DNA from: Mobula hypostoma
Taxonomy: Eukaryota
DNA: 64,000 bases
Reading direction: 5' to 3'
Assembly: GCF_963921235.1 (NCBI RefSeq)
Contig: NC_086097.1
Coordinates: 37,512,001-37,576,000, forward strand
Shown here: in pieces, positions 52,963 through 64,000 of the stretch
Position numbering within the stretch: position 1 is the first letter of the stretch
Layout of the letters: every line of letters starts with the position of its first letter
The notes under the pieces: generated by a model
The model's input: only the letters and a program-made list of their open reading frames with translations
Databases searched by the model: none
What the model was told of the DNA's origin: nothing
Translations under genes and position numbers: made by a program

Positions 52963-54609
52963 TATCCTTGTGAATTTTCTGTGCACCCTCCCTAGCTTAA
53001 TCACATCTTTTCTGCAGTCTAGCAACAAGAACAGTGCAGAATATTCCAAGTGCAACCTAATCAATGTTTTTTTATATCTGTACAAATATGACATGCCACC
53101 TCTTGTACTCAATTTTTCATCATTCTGTCTACCTGTGCCACCAATATGTACCCCTCATACAGGCTTCTCTGTTCAGCAACAATTCCCAGGGCCCTGCCAT
53201 TTTCTGTGTGTGTTCTGCTATGCTTTAACTTTTCAAAAAGCACCATGTCACCCTTGTCTGAATTAAATTTCATCCACCATTCATTCTATTGCCCATTGGT
53301 TACATTAATTACCTCACCTATCTATGACTATATAGTTTTATACCATACATTGGTTAGCATTCTAAATAGCCATGCAGAACTATAGTGTTTATTGGTGATT
53401 GTACTGTATACATAATTGTGATATTGAAATTGTAAACTTATCTGAAATTCACTGGTTCTTTCCATTAGTTAATACATACAGGCTCTAATTGAAAGTTATG
53501 TACAACATTGTAATTTTTAAAAGAAAAAAACTGCACGTTAATTGGAATTTTAAAAATCCCTTCAGTTCATTGTCTATGTCCTTAGCTGTCAAGTAACTCA
53601 TTCTTTGTTTCTCATAAGTATTCCAGAAAATTTATGTAAATAGTTTAGTGACCTTGAATTAGGTATTCCTATTGGCATTAGCACTTGAGTAGATTTAGCT
53701 CCAGCGGTCATTGTTTTGGGGGAATAGAGCATACTGCCAGTTTATAATTTCCATACTATATTTGCAGCCAGCAGTAATGGTAACTTGTGGTCATTAAAGA
53801 TTAATTAAATTAATAATCATGAAGCAAGATGATGGGGGCAAAACCTGTTCTTGAAATTTTTCACTATCCTTCATTTAAAATTAAAGACTAAAGCATTCTA
53901 GAACAAAATTTGTTATATGTTATGCTCTTGCAATATTTGGACAAAGCACATTGATTTACCAGTGATACCAGTGATAGTCTTTTTCTGCTCTGTGTAGGTA
54001 TTAAACCCCGCTGCCAAAATCAGGTTTTCACTTCTGTGGAAAACTTATTGCACTAAGCCAAATGAATATGCAACACATAAATACGAGATTCTGCAGATGC
54101 AGGAATTCCAGAGTAACACACACAGTTCTGATCAGTGGTCTTTGCCCAAAAGTTTGTGTGTTTATTCCTCTCCACCTATTCTGCCTGACCTGTTGAGTTC
54201 CTTCAGCATTTTGTGTGTGCTACTCGGAATAAGCATGCCTAAACCACTCCCATTCTTCTACTGCATTTGTTAAAGGATACCTTGTTAAAATCCATCAGCA
54301 CCAATAATAATAATCCATACACCATATTAAGTACATACAAATAGTTTAACAACTGTGAGCTAAAAACAATTTGACAATATATTAATAGTAAATTCTTCTA
54401 TGCTGGGCTTCCATTTTATAAAATCCATAGGATCCACAAAATGGAATTGCTAGAGAGCCCTGCTAGTCATGCCATGAATGGAGTGGCACTTTATCTATCA
54501 ACTGCAACCACTTGCTCATCCGATGCTCCAGAGCCAAGTTGAAACATCTGACTCCTAAGGTATGAAAAGGGGCTAATGCATCAAAGAATCTAAAGTGAAT
54601 CCTATTTGG

Positions 54610-55215
54610 CTTGTTTACTTAGATTATTGACTGGCTGCATCACAGTCTGGTATGGAAATACCAATGCTCTTGAATGGAAAATCCTACAAAAAGTGATGGA
54701 TACAGCTAAGTCCATCATGGATAAAGCCCTCCCCACCATTGAGCACATTTAGATGAAACATTTTTGCAGGAAAGCAGTATCCATCATCAGGGATCCCCAC
54801 CACCGAGGACATGCTCTCTTTTTGCTGCTGCCATCAGGAAGAAGGTACAGAAGCCGCAAGATTCACACCACCAGGTTAGGAACAGTTATTGCCCATCAAC
54901 CTTGAACGAAAGACGATAACTTCATTCAACTTCACTTTCCCCACCATTGAAATGTTCCCACAACCTATGGACTCACTTTTAAGAACTCTTCATCTCAAGT
55001 TCTTAATATTTATTGTTTATTTATTTACTATTATTATTTCTTTCTTTTTATATTTGCAGTTTGTTGTCTTGCACATTGATTGAATGCCAAAGTTGATGCA
55101 GTCTTTCATTGATTCTATTATGGATTTATTGAATATGCTTGCAAGAAAATGAATCTTGAGGTTGTATATGGTGACAAATTTGGACTTTGGTAATAAATTT
55201 ATTTTGAACTTTGAC
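54610..55215 (+). mobile_element. Rex1/Babar-type LINE 3' fragment
   Basis: ILTGCITVWYG...LLPSGRRYRS and an aataaatttattttgaactttg tail. Confidence 0.8.
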
Positions 55216-55284
55216 AGCTATTCAGTAGCTTTGTGTTATACCAATGTCCAATATTAGATCTAATTAATCCACTCCAATATATAT

Positions 55285-56125
55285 CAAACACATTGACGAT
55301 AAGACCAAGAAAGCTCACCAATACCTCTACTTCCTCAGAAGGCTAAAGAAATTTGTCATGTCTCTGTTGACCTTTACCAATTTTTATTGAAGAAAGCACA
55401 CTATCTGAATGCATAATGGTGTGGTATGGCAATTGTTCTGCACGTGACCACAAGAAACTGCAGAGTAGTAGACGCAGCTCAGCACATCACAGAAACCTGC
55501 TTTCCATCTATGGACTCTGTATATACTTCTCAATGCCTCAGCATAATTAAAGACCCTACCCACTCGAGACATTCTCTCTTCTCCCCTCTCTCATTGGGTG
55601 GAAGATACAAGAGCCTGAAAGCATGTATCACAGGGCTCAAGGACAGCTTCATAAACACAAGAGATTCTACAGCCGCTGAAAACCCTGAGCAACACACACA
55701 AAATACTGGAAGAACTCAGCAAGTCAGGCAGCATCTATGGAGTGGAATAATTAGTTAATCTTTCAGTCCAAAACGGTGATGATTTATTCTATTCCATAGA
55801 TTCTGCCTGTCTTGTTGAGTTTCTTCAACAGGTTGCATAGGTTGCTCTAGGACAGCTTCTATCCCATTGTTATCTGATTCTTGAACAGACCTCTTGTCCA
55901 ATAAGATGAACACTTGACCTTACAATCTACCTCATTATGATCTTGCACTTTTTGGTTTACCAGCACTGCACTTTCTCTGTAGCTTTTACATTTTATTCTG
56001 CATTGTTTTTTTTTACCTTGTACTATCTCAATAGACTATGTAATGATCTGATTTGAATGAACAATATTGCAAGGTAAGATTTTCACTGTATCTCGATACA
56101 TGTGACAATAGTGAACCAATACTAA
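55285..56125 (+). mobile_element. Rex1/Babar-type 3' fragment containing a fold-back Penelope repeat (55652-55848)
   Basis: LYFLRRLKKF, SIIKDPTH..HSLFSPL..G.RYKSLK; ggacagcttc occurs on both sides of the insert (about 55641 and 55850). Confidence 0.78.
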
Positions 56126-57832
56126 TACACCTTCAAGCTCTAAGTTGTGACAGGAAGGCCGGAAATACACAGACAATAACCTCACTTCGTGTATATCTGG
56201 TGCAAGGAAAAGGTCAGGCATGCTAACTTGATCACCCAGGGTATCGCTCTGCCCAATTCTGCAATCAATAGAATATCACTCTGAAATTGTCAGTTAATTT
56301 TCTAGACTCTACAATTTTATGGAATGGGAGATGATGCAACAAACCTTGATTAGTTAAAGGAAGGATGTGCATAATGAGAATAAACAATATACATTCCAAT
56401 ATCAGAAGTACTTCGATTGTATAAAGTATTAGCACCAAGTTATACCCATTATTAGCTATGCATATCACTTTGCCAAAATTCATTAGTTTTGAACAGGGCT
56501 CGCTGATCTGAAATGCTAACTCTGTTTCTCTTTCTATTTATACTGCCTGACATATTGGGTATTTTCAGCATGAATTTAATTCTGTATTAACTACATACAA
56601 TCAATCTATGTTGAATGTACATTCAACCTATGCACATGAACGCTCTTATGTATTTATATTTATTGTGCTTTTTTTATTATCATTTTCTTTATTTTATTGT
56701 GTTTTTTTATTACTGCTCCAGATGTGTAGTAACAATTATTTAATTCCCCATTACACTTGCGTATTGGAAATGACATTAAACAATTTTGGATCTTGAATCT
56801 TAAAAACTGACATTGTCTGACTTCCTTGCTATTCTCAGAGTATAGATGAGCTATTTTCCATTTCTTGAGAACACATCATCCAGCTTACAAAATTCTATTC
56901 ATATTATTATTGAGAACATGTTCTTGAGAAAAGGAATCTTTGAACAAGAAAAAGGATTTATATTTTTAATTCATAATAGAAATATCTTAGACATTTTTGT
57001 TTGCTCTTAGGATATTGTAAAAAATGTTTGACTATACCCTGAAAAGCGTAACTATTTCATAATGAAAGAAAAATAGAGAAGAAAATCAGCCTCAATGCTG
57101 CCAAGATTAATTAAGTTTAAAGTAAAATATTGGCATAAGATTAGATTATGAGTTGACTTTATGTTCTCTGTCTTCAGTAACTCATGCTCAAGGCCGTGAT
57201 TATGTTTCTGACAATTCATTGCTGCTGGCTGAGTGACTTCATCCGGTATTTCAAAACCGCTACAGGATAGTGTGCTGGGAACAGATATAAAGTGACATTT
57301 AATAGACACCATTCTCCAATGTTGGTAAAATTTAAGATCGTAGGTAAAACGTTTATAGGACTTCATTGAATCAAACTGTATTTTCTCAAAATGAATGTTC
57401 CTAATAATAAATGTATATATGCAAAATATAAAGAACATTACCTTGTTAAAGCTAGGAGAGTTGTGGGTTTCAGTTTAAGTATTGAAAACCCATTCTAATA
57501 ACCTTAGATATTTCCAACTCCTGTTTAATTTCTTCATATGTAAAATTAATATAAGTTGTAAACAACCATTGTGGTACTTTATAGATTCTAAATTCTAACA
57601 TCACCATGGGCAAATATTAAAAAGGATATCCTTAAAATTTATGTTATTCTTAAGTAATGGACAAGACAGTTCATTAGTCAGCTAAATATGGCAAACCTTA
57701 AGCTAATTATACTAATACAATGTCCTGCACATGCATGTCCCAGTCAGAGAGGTGTTTATAATGGATAACAACTTGTGTCACTGTTCAGAACTGTTGATGT
57801 TAACCTGCAAAATCTGGGACAGAGTGATATTC

Positions 57833-58546
57833 ATAGAAACATAGAAAATAGGTGCAGGAGTAGGCCATTCGGCCCTTCGAGCCTGCACTGCCATTTATTA
57901 TGATCATGGCTGATCATCCAACTCAGAACCCCGCCCCAGCCTTCCCTCCATACCCCCTGACCCCCGTAGCCACAAGGGCCATATCTAACTCCCTCTTAAA
58001 CATAGCCAATGAACTGGCCTCAACTGTTTCCTGTGGCAGAGAATTCCACAGATTCACCACTCTCTGTGTGAAGAAGTTTTTCCTAATCTCGGTCCTAAAA
58101 GGCTTCCCCTCTATCCTCAAACTGTGACCCCTCGTTCTGGACTTCCCCAACATCGGGAACAATCTTCCTGCGTCTAGCCCGTCCAATCCCTTTAGGATCT
58201 TATACGTTTCAATCAGATCCCCCCTCAATCTTCTAAATTCCAACGAGTACAAGCCCAGTTCATCCAGTCTTTCTTCATATGAAAGTCCTGCCATCCCAGG
58301 AATCAATCTTGTGAACCTTCTTTGTACTCCCTCTAAGGCAAGGATGTCTTTCCTCAGATTAGGGGACCAAAACTGCACACAATACTCCAGGTGTGGTCTC
58401 ACCAAGGCATTGTACAACTGCAGTAGTACCTCCCTGCTCCTGTACTCGAATCCTCTCGCTATAAATGCCAGCATACCATTCACCTTTTTCACCGCCTGCT
58501 GTACCTGCATGCCCACTTTCAATGACTGGTGTATAATGACACCCAG
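57833..58546 (-). mobile_element. Young 5'-truncated CR1
   Basis: Uninterrupted 199-aa ORF2 C-terminus (LVRPHLEYCVQFWSP) and a (catagaaa)n tail as read on the + strand. Confidence 0.95.
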
Positions 58547-58789
58547 ACTATCCTTGTGTAATGTTCGATAATTTGTTTCTTAAGTGTTACATAGATTTAG
58601 TACAATCTGAAAATAAAATGTTCTGTTTTCTAAAATGTATAGTAAGAATTGTAAAAAGCTTATTTTTCTTTAACTGCAGCACCAACCGCACTTCATTACT
58701 GTAAATTACAAAGCGAGGAAAAACTTTACAAAAACCAAATTGCATAACTATTTGTGTTCAAAACAAATTCATACTGAAATTTTAAGTAG

Positions 58790-59008
58790 AACCAGCTGGT
58801 GGTGTAGTGCCACCTGCACTGGACCTAGAGGTGGATGGTCCTGAATTCGAATCCAGCTGGGTTCCAACCCAAGCAGCGGCAGTATCTGCGCAGAAGAAAG
58901 GCCTGGCAATCTACTTCCGTATCCTGCCATGAAAACTCTCTGGGCAACTACACTATCCATAGGTTTGCCATAATTCTATGGTGACTCAACAGCACTCAAC
59001 AACAACTT
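58790..59008 (+). mobile_element. tRNA-headed SINE with an RTE-type (CAA)n tail
   Basis: A-box-like TGGTGTAGTG, B-box-like TTCGAATCC and the end gactcaacagcactcaacaacaac. Confidence 0.65.
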
Positions 59009-60361
59009 TCTTAAATACAGTCATGAATACACTGTATGTTTTATTGTGTAGGAGAATGGAATGCTTTTCCCTTTATTTATCCTAATATTAATCTTATTTT
59101 CCTAGAACAGACCCTTCAGCCCACAATGTTGTGCCGACCTACTCTAGAAACTGCCTAGAATTTCCCTACCGCATAGCCCTCTATTTTTCTAAGCTCCATG
59201 TACCTAGCTAAGAATCTCTTAAGTAGGAAAATTATTTTCAATACATTTATAAAAAGATTATCCATAATATATTGACTTCAATCAAGGGCTACTAATATTT
59301 CAATACCTTCAATTTGACATATAATCCTTAGAGTATGGAGATGAAATTGTACAGTACTGTAAGAGACTCCAAGAACACAATGTGAAATTGAGCCACACCT
59401 CCTTTACCTAATGAAGCATGCAAAGTTATCATCATCATGATTTCAGTAACCAACCAGCATCTTCCAGGATGGGGATTGCTTTACTGCATCAATTTAGGTT
59501 CAATCTGATTAGTGTCTAGCTCCAACAAAATTTAACTAGCATTGTTTAAAGTCAGCCTGCATCTGCTATATATTATAATAACTGCCTGAAAGCTACTGTT
59601 CTAAAGGTTTTAGCATTTTTGCTGGAAGTCATGCTAAATCCCAGTACGAATTGCTGCTTAAATCTTCTGATACAGCATTGGAAACCACAGCAGACATAGC
59701 AGAGAGGAGGAGATCAGATGAGGACCAATTATTACTCACAGGGATGCTAAATCGGAAGTACGAGGAGAAGGCTGTCAGGCTTAGTGCAAAGATTCAAACC
59801 CCAGGATATGGATGAAATGCCACTGGAAATTCATGACCTACCACACATCTTTAAGGTCAGTGAAAAAAGCTTCTAATTTTACTTTAGCATTGCTAGTCTT
59901 ACACACTGCTCAATGCAGTAGATCATAAGACATAGGAGCAGGATTAGAACATTAGGTTTTGCCCAGGAATAGCTGGATCAAAGCAATTAAGAAAGGAAAC
60001 AATGAGGCCCTTACTGTTAATCTGCTGAACTAAAGATCATTTCCAAATAATAAGTTGTTTGTGAGATGTTCTTTGGTAAGATAGGGCATGCAGGCTTATG
60101 AATAGGAGAGTCTGTGTCTATGACCTGAGGTAACCTTAGCTTAGCAACTGGCTGAACTGCTCTGATTCAGGGAGAACAAAGAAAGAGGCATTAATTACAT
60201 TTCGTTACTTGAAAGAAAAGAAAAAAATGACGCTGTTTCAGCCCAGAGTCAAAGAAAAGCTGACACATCTTAGCTAGATAGGCCAGTGCCAATGAGCTTG
60301 AAAAACAATATTTTGAACATAATCAAGGAGAATAAGGGCTTCAGATGAAAAAGCAGTGAGA

Positions 60362-60948
60362 AACATAGAAACATAGAAAATAGGTGCAGGAGTAGGCCAT
60401 TCAGCCCTTCGAGCCTGCACCGCCATTTATTATGATCATGGCTGATCATCCAACTCAGAACCCCGCCCCAGCCTTCCCTCCATACCCCCTGACCCCTGTA
60501 GCCACAAGGGCCATATCTAACTCCCTCTTAAACATAGCCAATGAACTGGCCTCAACAGTTTCCTGTGGCAGAGAATTCCACAGATTCACCACTCTCTGTG
60601 TGAAGAAGTTTTTCCTAATCTCGGTCCTAAAAGGCTTCCCCTCTATCCTCAAACTGTGACCCCTCATTCTGGACTTCCCCAACATCGGGAACAATCTTCC
60701 TGCATCTAGCCTGTCCAATCCCTTTAGGATCTTATACGTTTCAATCAGATCCCCCCTCAATCTTCTAAATTCCAACGAGTACAAGCCCAGTTCATCCAGT
60801 CTTTCTTCATATGAAAGTCCTGCCATCCCAGGAATCAATCTGGTGAACCTTCTTTGTACTCCCTCTATGGCAAAGATGTCTTTCCTCAGATTAGGGGACC
60901 AAAACTGCACACAATACTCCAGGTGTGGTCTCACCAAGGCCTTGTACT
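60362..60948 (-). mobile_element. Young 5'-truncated CR1, near-identical to 57833-58546
   Basis: Same 3' UTR and ORF2 end, with a different truncation point. Confidence 0.95.
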
Positions 60949-61059
60949 GGTAAATAACAATTGCATGGAAGTCCACCCCTCCCCACTCCCCATACTGGTT
61001 ACAGGGAGAAAAAAGGATCTTTTTTTTGCCAAAGGGAGATCCCTTTTTTCAATGGTATA

Positions 61060-61550
61060 AGGTGGAGAGGTGGTGTGAGTAAGTATTGGTACAATGGGTA
61101 CAATAGCTGACTCCACCCACCCTAGAAGTGACCCATTTATCAAAATGCCATCAGGAAGATGCAACAAGTTCATCGCCACCAGGACTACATGTCATTTTCA
61201 AAGCTTCTTTCCTGTGGCTATCCAGCTTCTCAAGAAAAGTCACTCAGGTGCAATACTCTTACTGTCCCAGCATAATATCTATTAATTGATCTTTCCTGCT
61301 CTCCTTGTTCTGTTGATAATTAATGAGTCTATTTATATGTTTTCATTTATTTAAGTTTGATCATTGATATTTGCGCATGTGACCGTCCTGCTAATTGCTG
61401 ATTGCTCATGACTACAATATTGTCTTGTATATTGTTGGTTGCTGTTGTGTTGTCTGTTATGGTATTGCCCTGTGTTTAATGCTTGGCACCGAACCACAAT
61501 CAATTCTGGTATGTTTCAGATATTGGCAATAAAGTGACTCTGATTCTGAT
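61060..61550 (+). mobile_element. Divergent Rex1/Babar-like 3' fragment
   Basis: HPRSDPFIKMPSGR...SFFPVAIQLL and an aataaagtgactctgattctgatt tail. Confidence 0.65.
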
Positions 61551-61584
61551 TCATGACTTAAATTGTTGGCATGGAGTCCACACA

Positions 61585-62800
61585 ATTCAAAGTTCAAAGA
61601 AAATTTATTATCAAAGTATATAAATATCACCATATACAATCCATTAATTTTCTTCTGGGCGTACACAATAAATCCATAATGAAATTAAAACCATAATAGA
61701 ATCAATGAAAGGCCACACCACCTTGGGCATACGACCAGTGGCAAAAGACAACAAACTGTAAATGAGTAATAAGTACCAAGAACATGAAATGAAGAGTCCT
61801 TGAAAGTGAGCCCATAAGTTATAGGAACAATTCAACGATGAGGCAAGTTATCCCCTCCAGTTCAAGAGCCTGATGGTTGAAAGGTATCAACTGTTCCTGA
61901 AACTGGAACAGTTCAGACTCTTGTTCCTTCCTCCCAATGGCAGCAATGAGAAGAGATCATGACCTGGCTGGTGGGGTTCCTGATGATGGATGCTGCTTTC
62001 CCGAGAGAACGCTTTGTGTAGATGTGCCCAGTGGTGGGGCATATCCACTATTTTTTGCAGGATTTTCCATTAAAGGGCATTCGTGTTTCCATACCAGGCT
62101 GTGATGCAGCCAGTCAATATACTCTTCACAACACATCCATAGAAGTTTGTCAAAATTTTAGATGTTATGCTGAACCATTGCACTTAGTTCGAAACTTTCT
62201 TTGTCATTGCACTTACATGCTGGGCCCAGGACAGGTCTTCCAAAATGATCATCAGCAAATGTGAATAGAGCACTGGAGCTCTGCACAGCCACACAGTCAT
62301 AAATGTAAGGGGGCAGAGCAGGGCACTAAGCACACAGCCTTATGGAGCACCTCTGGTGATGGAGATTGTGGAGGAAATGTTGTTGCCAATCTGAACTGAC
62401 GGGTCTGAAGTGAGGAAATTGAGGATCCAATTGCACAAAGAGTTATTGAGGCCAAGGTCTTGAAACATATTGAATAGTTTTGAAGGGATAATGGTATTGA
62501 ATGCCAAGCTGTGGTCTATAAAGTGCATCCTGATGTATACATCTTTGCTGTCCAGATATTCCAGGGTTGAGTGAAGAGGCAAGGAGATGCATCTGTTGTG
62601 GACTTATTGCACCAATAAGCAAATTGGAGCAGAACTAAGTTGCTTCTCAGGGAGGAGTTGATATGTTTCATCACCAGCCTCTCAAAACACTTCATCACTG
62701 TGGATGTAAGGCTACTGAATGATAGTCATTGAGACAGTTAACCACGTTCTTCTTAGGCACCAGCACAAGTCTAGTCCGCTTGAAGCAGGTGGGTACCTCA
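61585..62800 (-). mobile_element. Rex1/Babar-type LINE, decayed
   Basis: MKCFERLVMKHI, YIRMHFIDHSLAFNTIIP and TRGAP. Confidence 0.85.
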
Positions 62801-63056
62801 GACCGTGATGTACCTCATAGTTAGTTGAAATTTGTGTGGAGACAACGAAGTGCAAGCTCTGAATTAATTAAAAACTGTGCAGTGAATTGCCTTGTGATTG
62901 GTCAATAAAGTCATCTTAACCCTCCTCCACTGCATATCTCACCTACCACCAGCCATGCTCCACCTAATAGTGGGAGGAGGAGGACACACACCTTCAGAGC
63001 ACTAGGGCAGCTGAATGCACATGGAAGGCAGACATTACAAGAAAGCAAATAGTTGA

Positions 63057-63372
63057 CATTATTATTATAGGCATCCGTTAGTCTCATGAGACCATGGATT
63101 TACCCCTTGGAAAGTCTCCAGGGCGCAGGCCTGGGCAAGATTGTATGGAAGACCAGCAGTTGCCCATGCTGCAAGTCTCCCCTCTCCACGCCACCGATGT
63201 TGTCCAAGGGAAGGGCATTAGGACCCATACAGCTTGGCACTGGTGTCATCGCAGAGCAATGTGCGGTTAAGTGCCTTGCTCAATGGCACACACGCTGCCT
63301 CAGCCAAGGCTCGAACTAGTGACCTTCAAATCACTAGATGAATGCCTTAACCACTTGGCCACGCACCAACAC
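63057..63372 (-). mobile_element. tRNA-derived SINE with an RTE-like 3' end
   Basis: The minus strand shows A box TGGCCAAGTGG, B box GTTCGAGCC, core tgagcaaggcacttaacc and the tail actaacggatgccta(taa)n. Confidence 0.75.
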
Positions 63373-63393
63373 GAGTTGCCAATCTTTGACATA

Positions 63394-64000
63394 CAGTACC
63401 TATAAAAAGCATTCACCTCCCCCCCCCCGCCGAAGGCTTTTTTGACACTGATCAACAGAAAGACTCTTTCATGTCAGAGTGAAAACATCTGTACAGAGTG
63501 ATCTAAATTAATTACAAATATCAAACACAAAATAATTGATTGCATAAGTATTCACCCCCTTCAAGTCAGTATTTAGTAGATGCACCTTTGGCAGCAATTA
63601 CAGCCTTGAGTCTGTGTAGATGGGTCTCTATCAGCTTTGCACATCTGGACACTGCAATTTTCCCCATTCTTCTTTACATAACTGCTCGAGTTCTATCAGA
63701 TTGCATAGGTCTCTTGAGTGATCGGCCCTTTTCAAGTCCAGCCACAAATTCTCAGTTGGATTGAGGTCTCCAGGACATTAACTTTGTTGTTTTTAAGCCA
63801 TTCCTGTGTAGCTTTGGCTTTATACTTGGGGTCTTTGTCTTGCTGGAAAACAAATCTTCTCCCAAGTCACAGTTCTCTTGCAGACTGCATCAGGACTTCC
63901 CTGTATTTTGCTGCATTCATTTTACTCTCTCTTTTCACAAGCCTTCCAGGGCCCGCTGCAGTGAAGCATCCGCACAGCATGATGCAGCCACCACCGTGCT
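63394..64000 (-). mobile_element. Tc1-family DNA transposon, 3' end (runs off the window)
   Basis: TA followed by the CAGTACC terminus; repeated aagyattcacc motif (IR-DR type); minus-strand HGGGCIML.GCF and EEW.KIAVSRCAKLIET...LKAVIAAKGASTKY* (stop at 63566-68). Confidence 0.9.

Noticed and set aside
52622..53266. 214-aa Pro/Leu/Ser-rich ORF
   Set aside because: Read-through of a pyrimidine-rich Penelope terminal region into antisense CR1.
57052..57438. 128-aa minus-strand ORF as a possible exon of a convergent gene such as PPM1A
   Set aside because: No recognisable similarity, AT-rich composition and no convincing donor or partner exon.
58790..58870. tRNA gene (also 63290-63372)
   Set aside because: Only A/B-box heads fused to SINE bodies and LINE-type tails; no complete cloverleaf.
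1..64000. CRISPR arrays, prokaryotic operons or defence systems
   Set aside because: The DNA is eukaryotic intron/repeat sequence with no regularly spaced repeat-spacer array.

Overview
Repeat-dense vertebrate genomic DNA. The mix of CR1, Rex1/Babar, Penelope-like and RTE-tailed SINE families suggests a cartilaginous fish (ray/skate-like), which is an inference. The only host gene I can support is the 3' part of SIX6OS1/C14orf39, a synaptonemal-complex central-element protein. It lies on the + strand as nine phase-consistent GT-AG exons from 2884 to the stop at 32733-32735, and the ORF track mostly misses it. Nearly all ORF-track entries are decayed retrotransposon fragments or their antisense frames. 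The most notable observation is in a near-full-length but decayed HERO/R2-group (restriction-like endonuclease) non-LTR retrotransposon at about 40345-44090. Just after its stop codon it carries a complete hammerhead-ribozyme core (GUC, GAAA, CUGAUGA) whose strands are in a non-circularly permuted, pseudoknotted order. Also present: minimal Penelope-type hammerheads in fold-back elements, a Tigger-family MITE resembling mammalian MER2, multi-level nested insertions and a Tc1 remnant. Exon boundaries were counted by hand and repeat boundaries are approximate.
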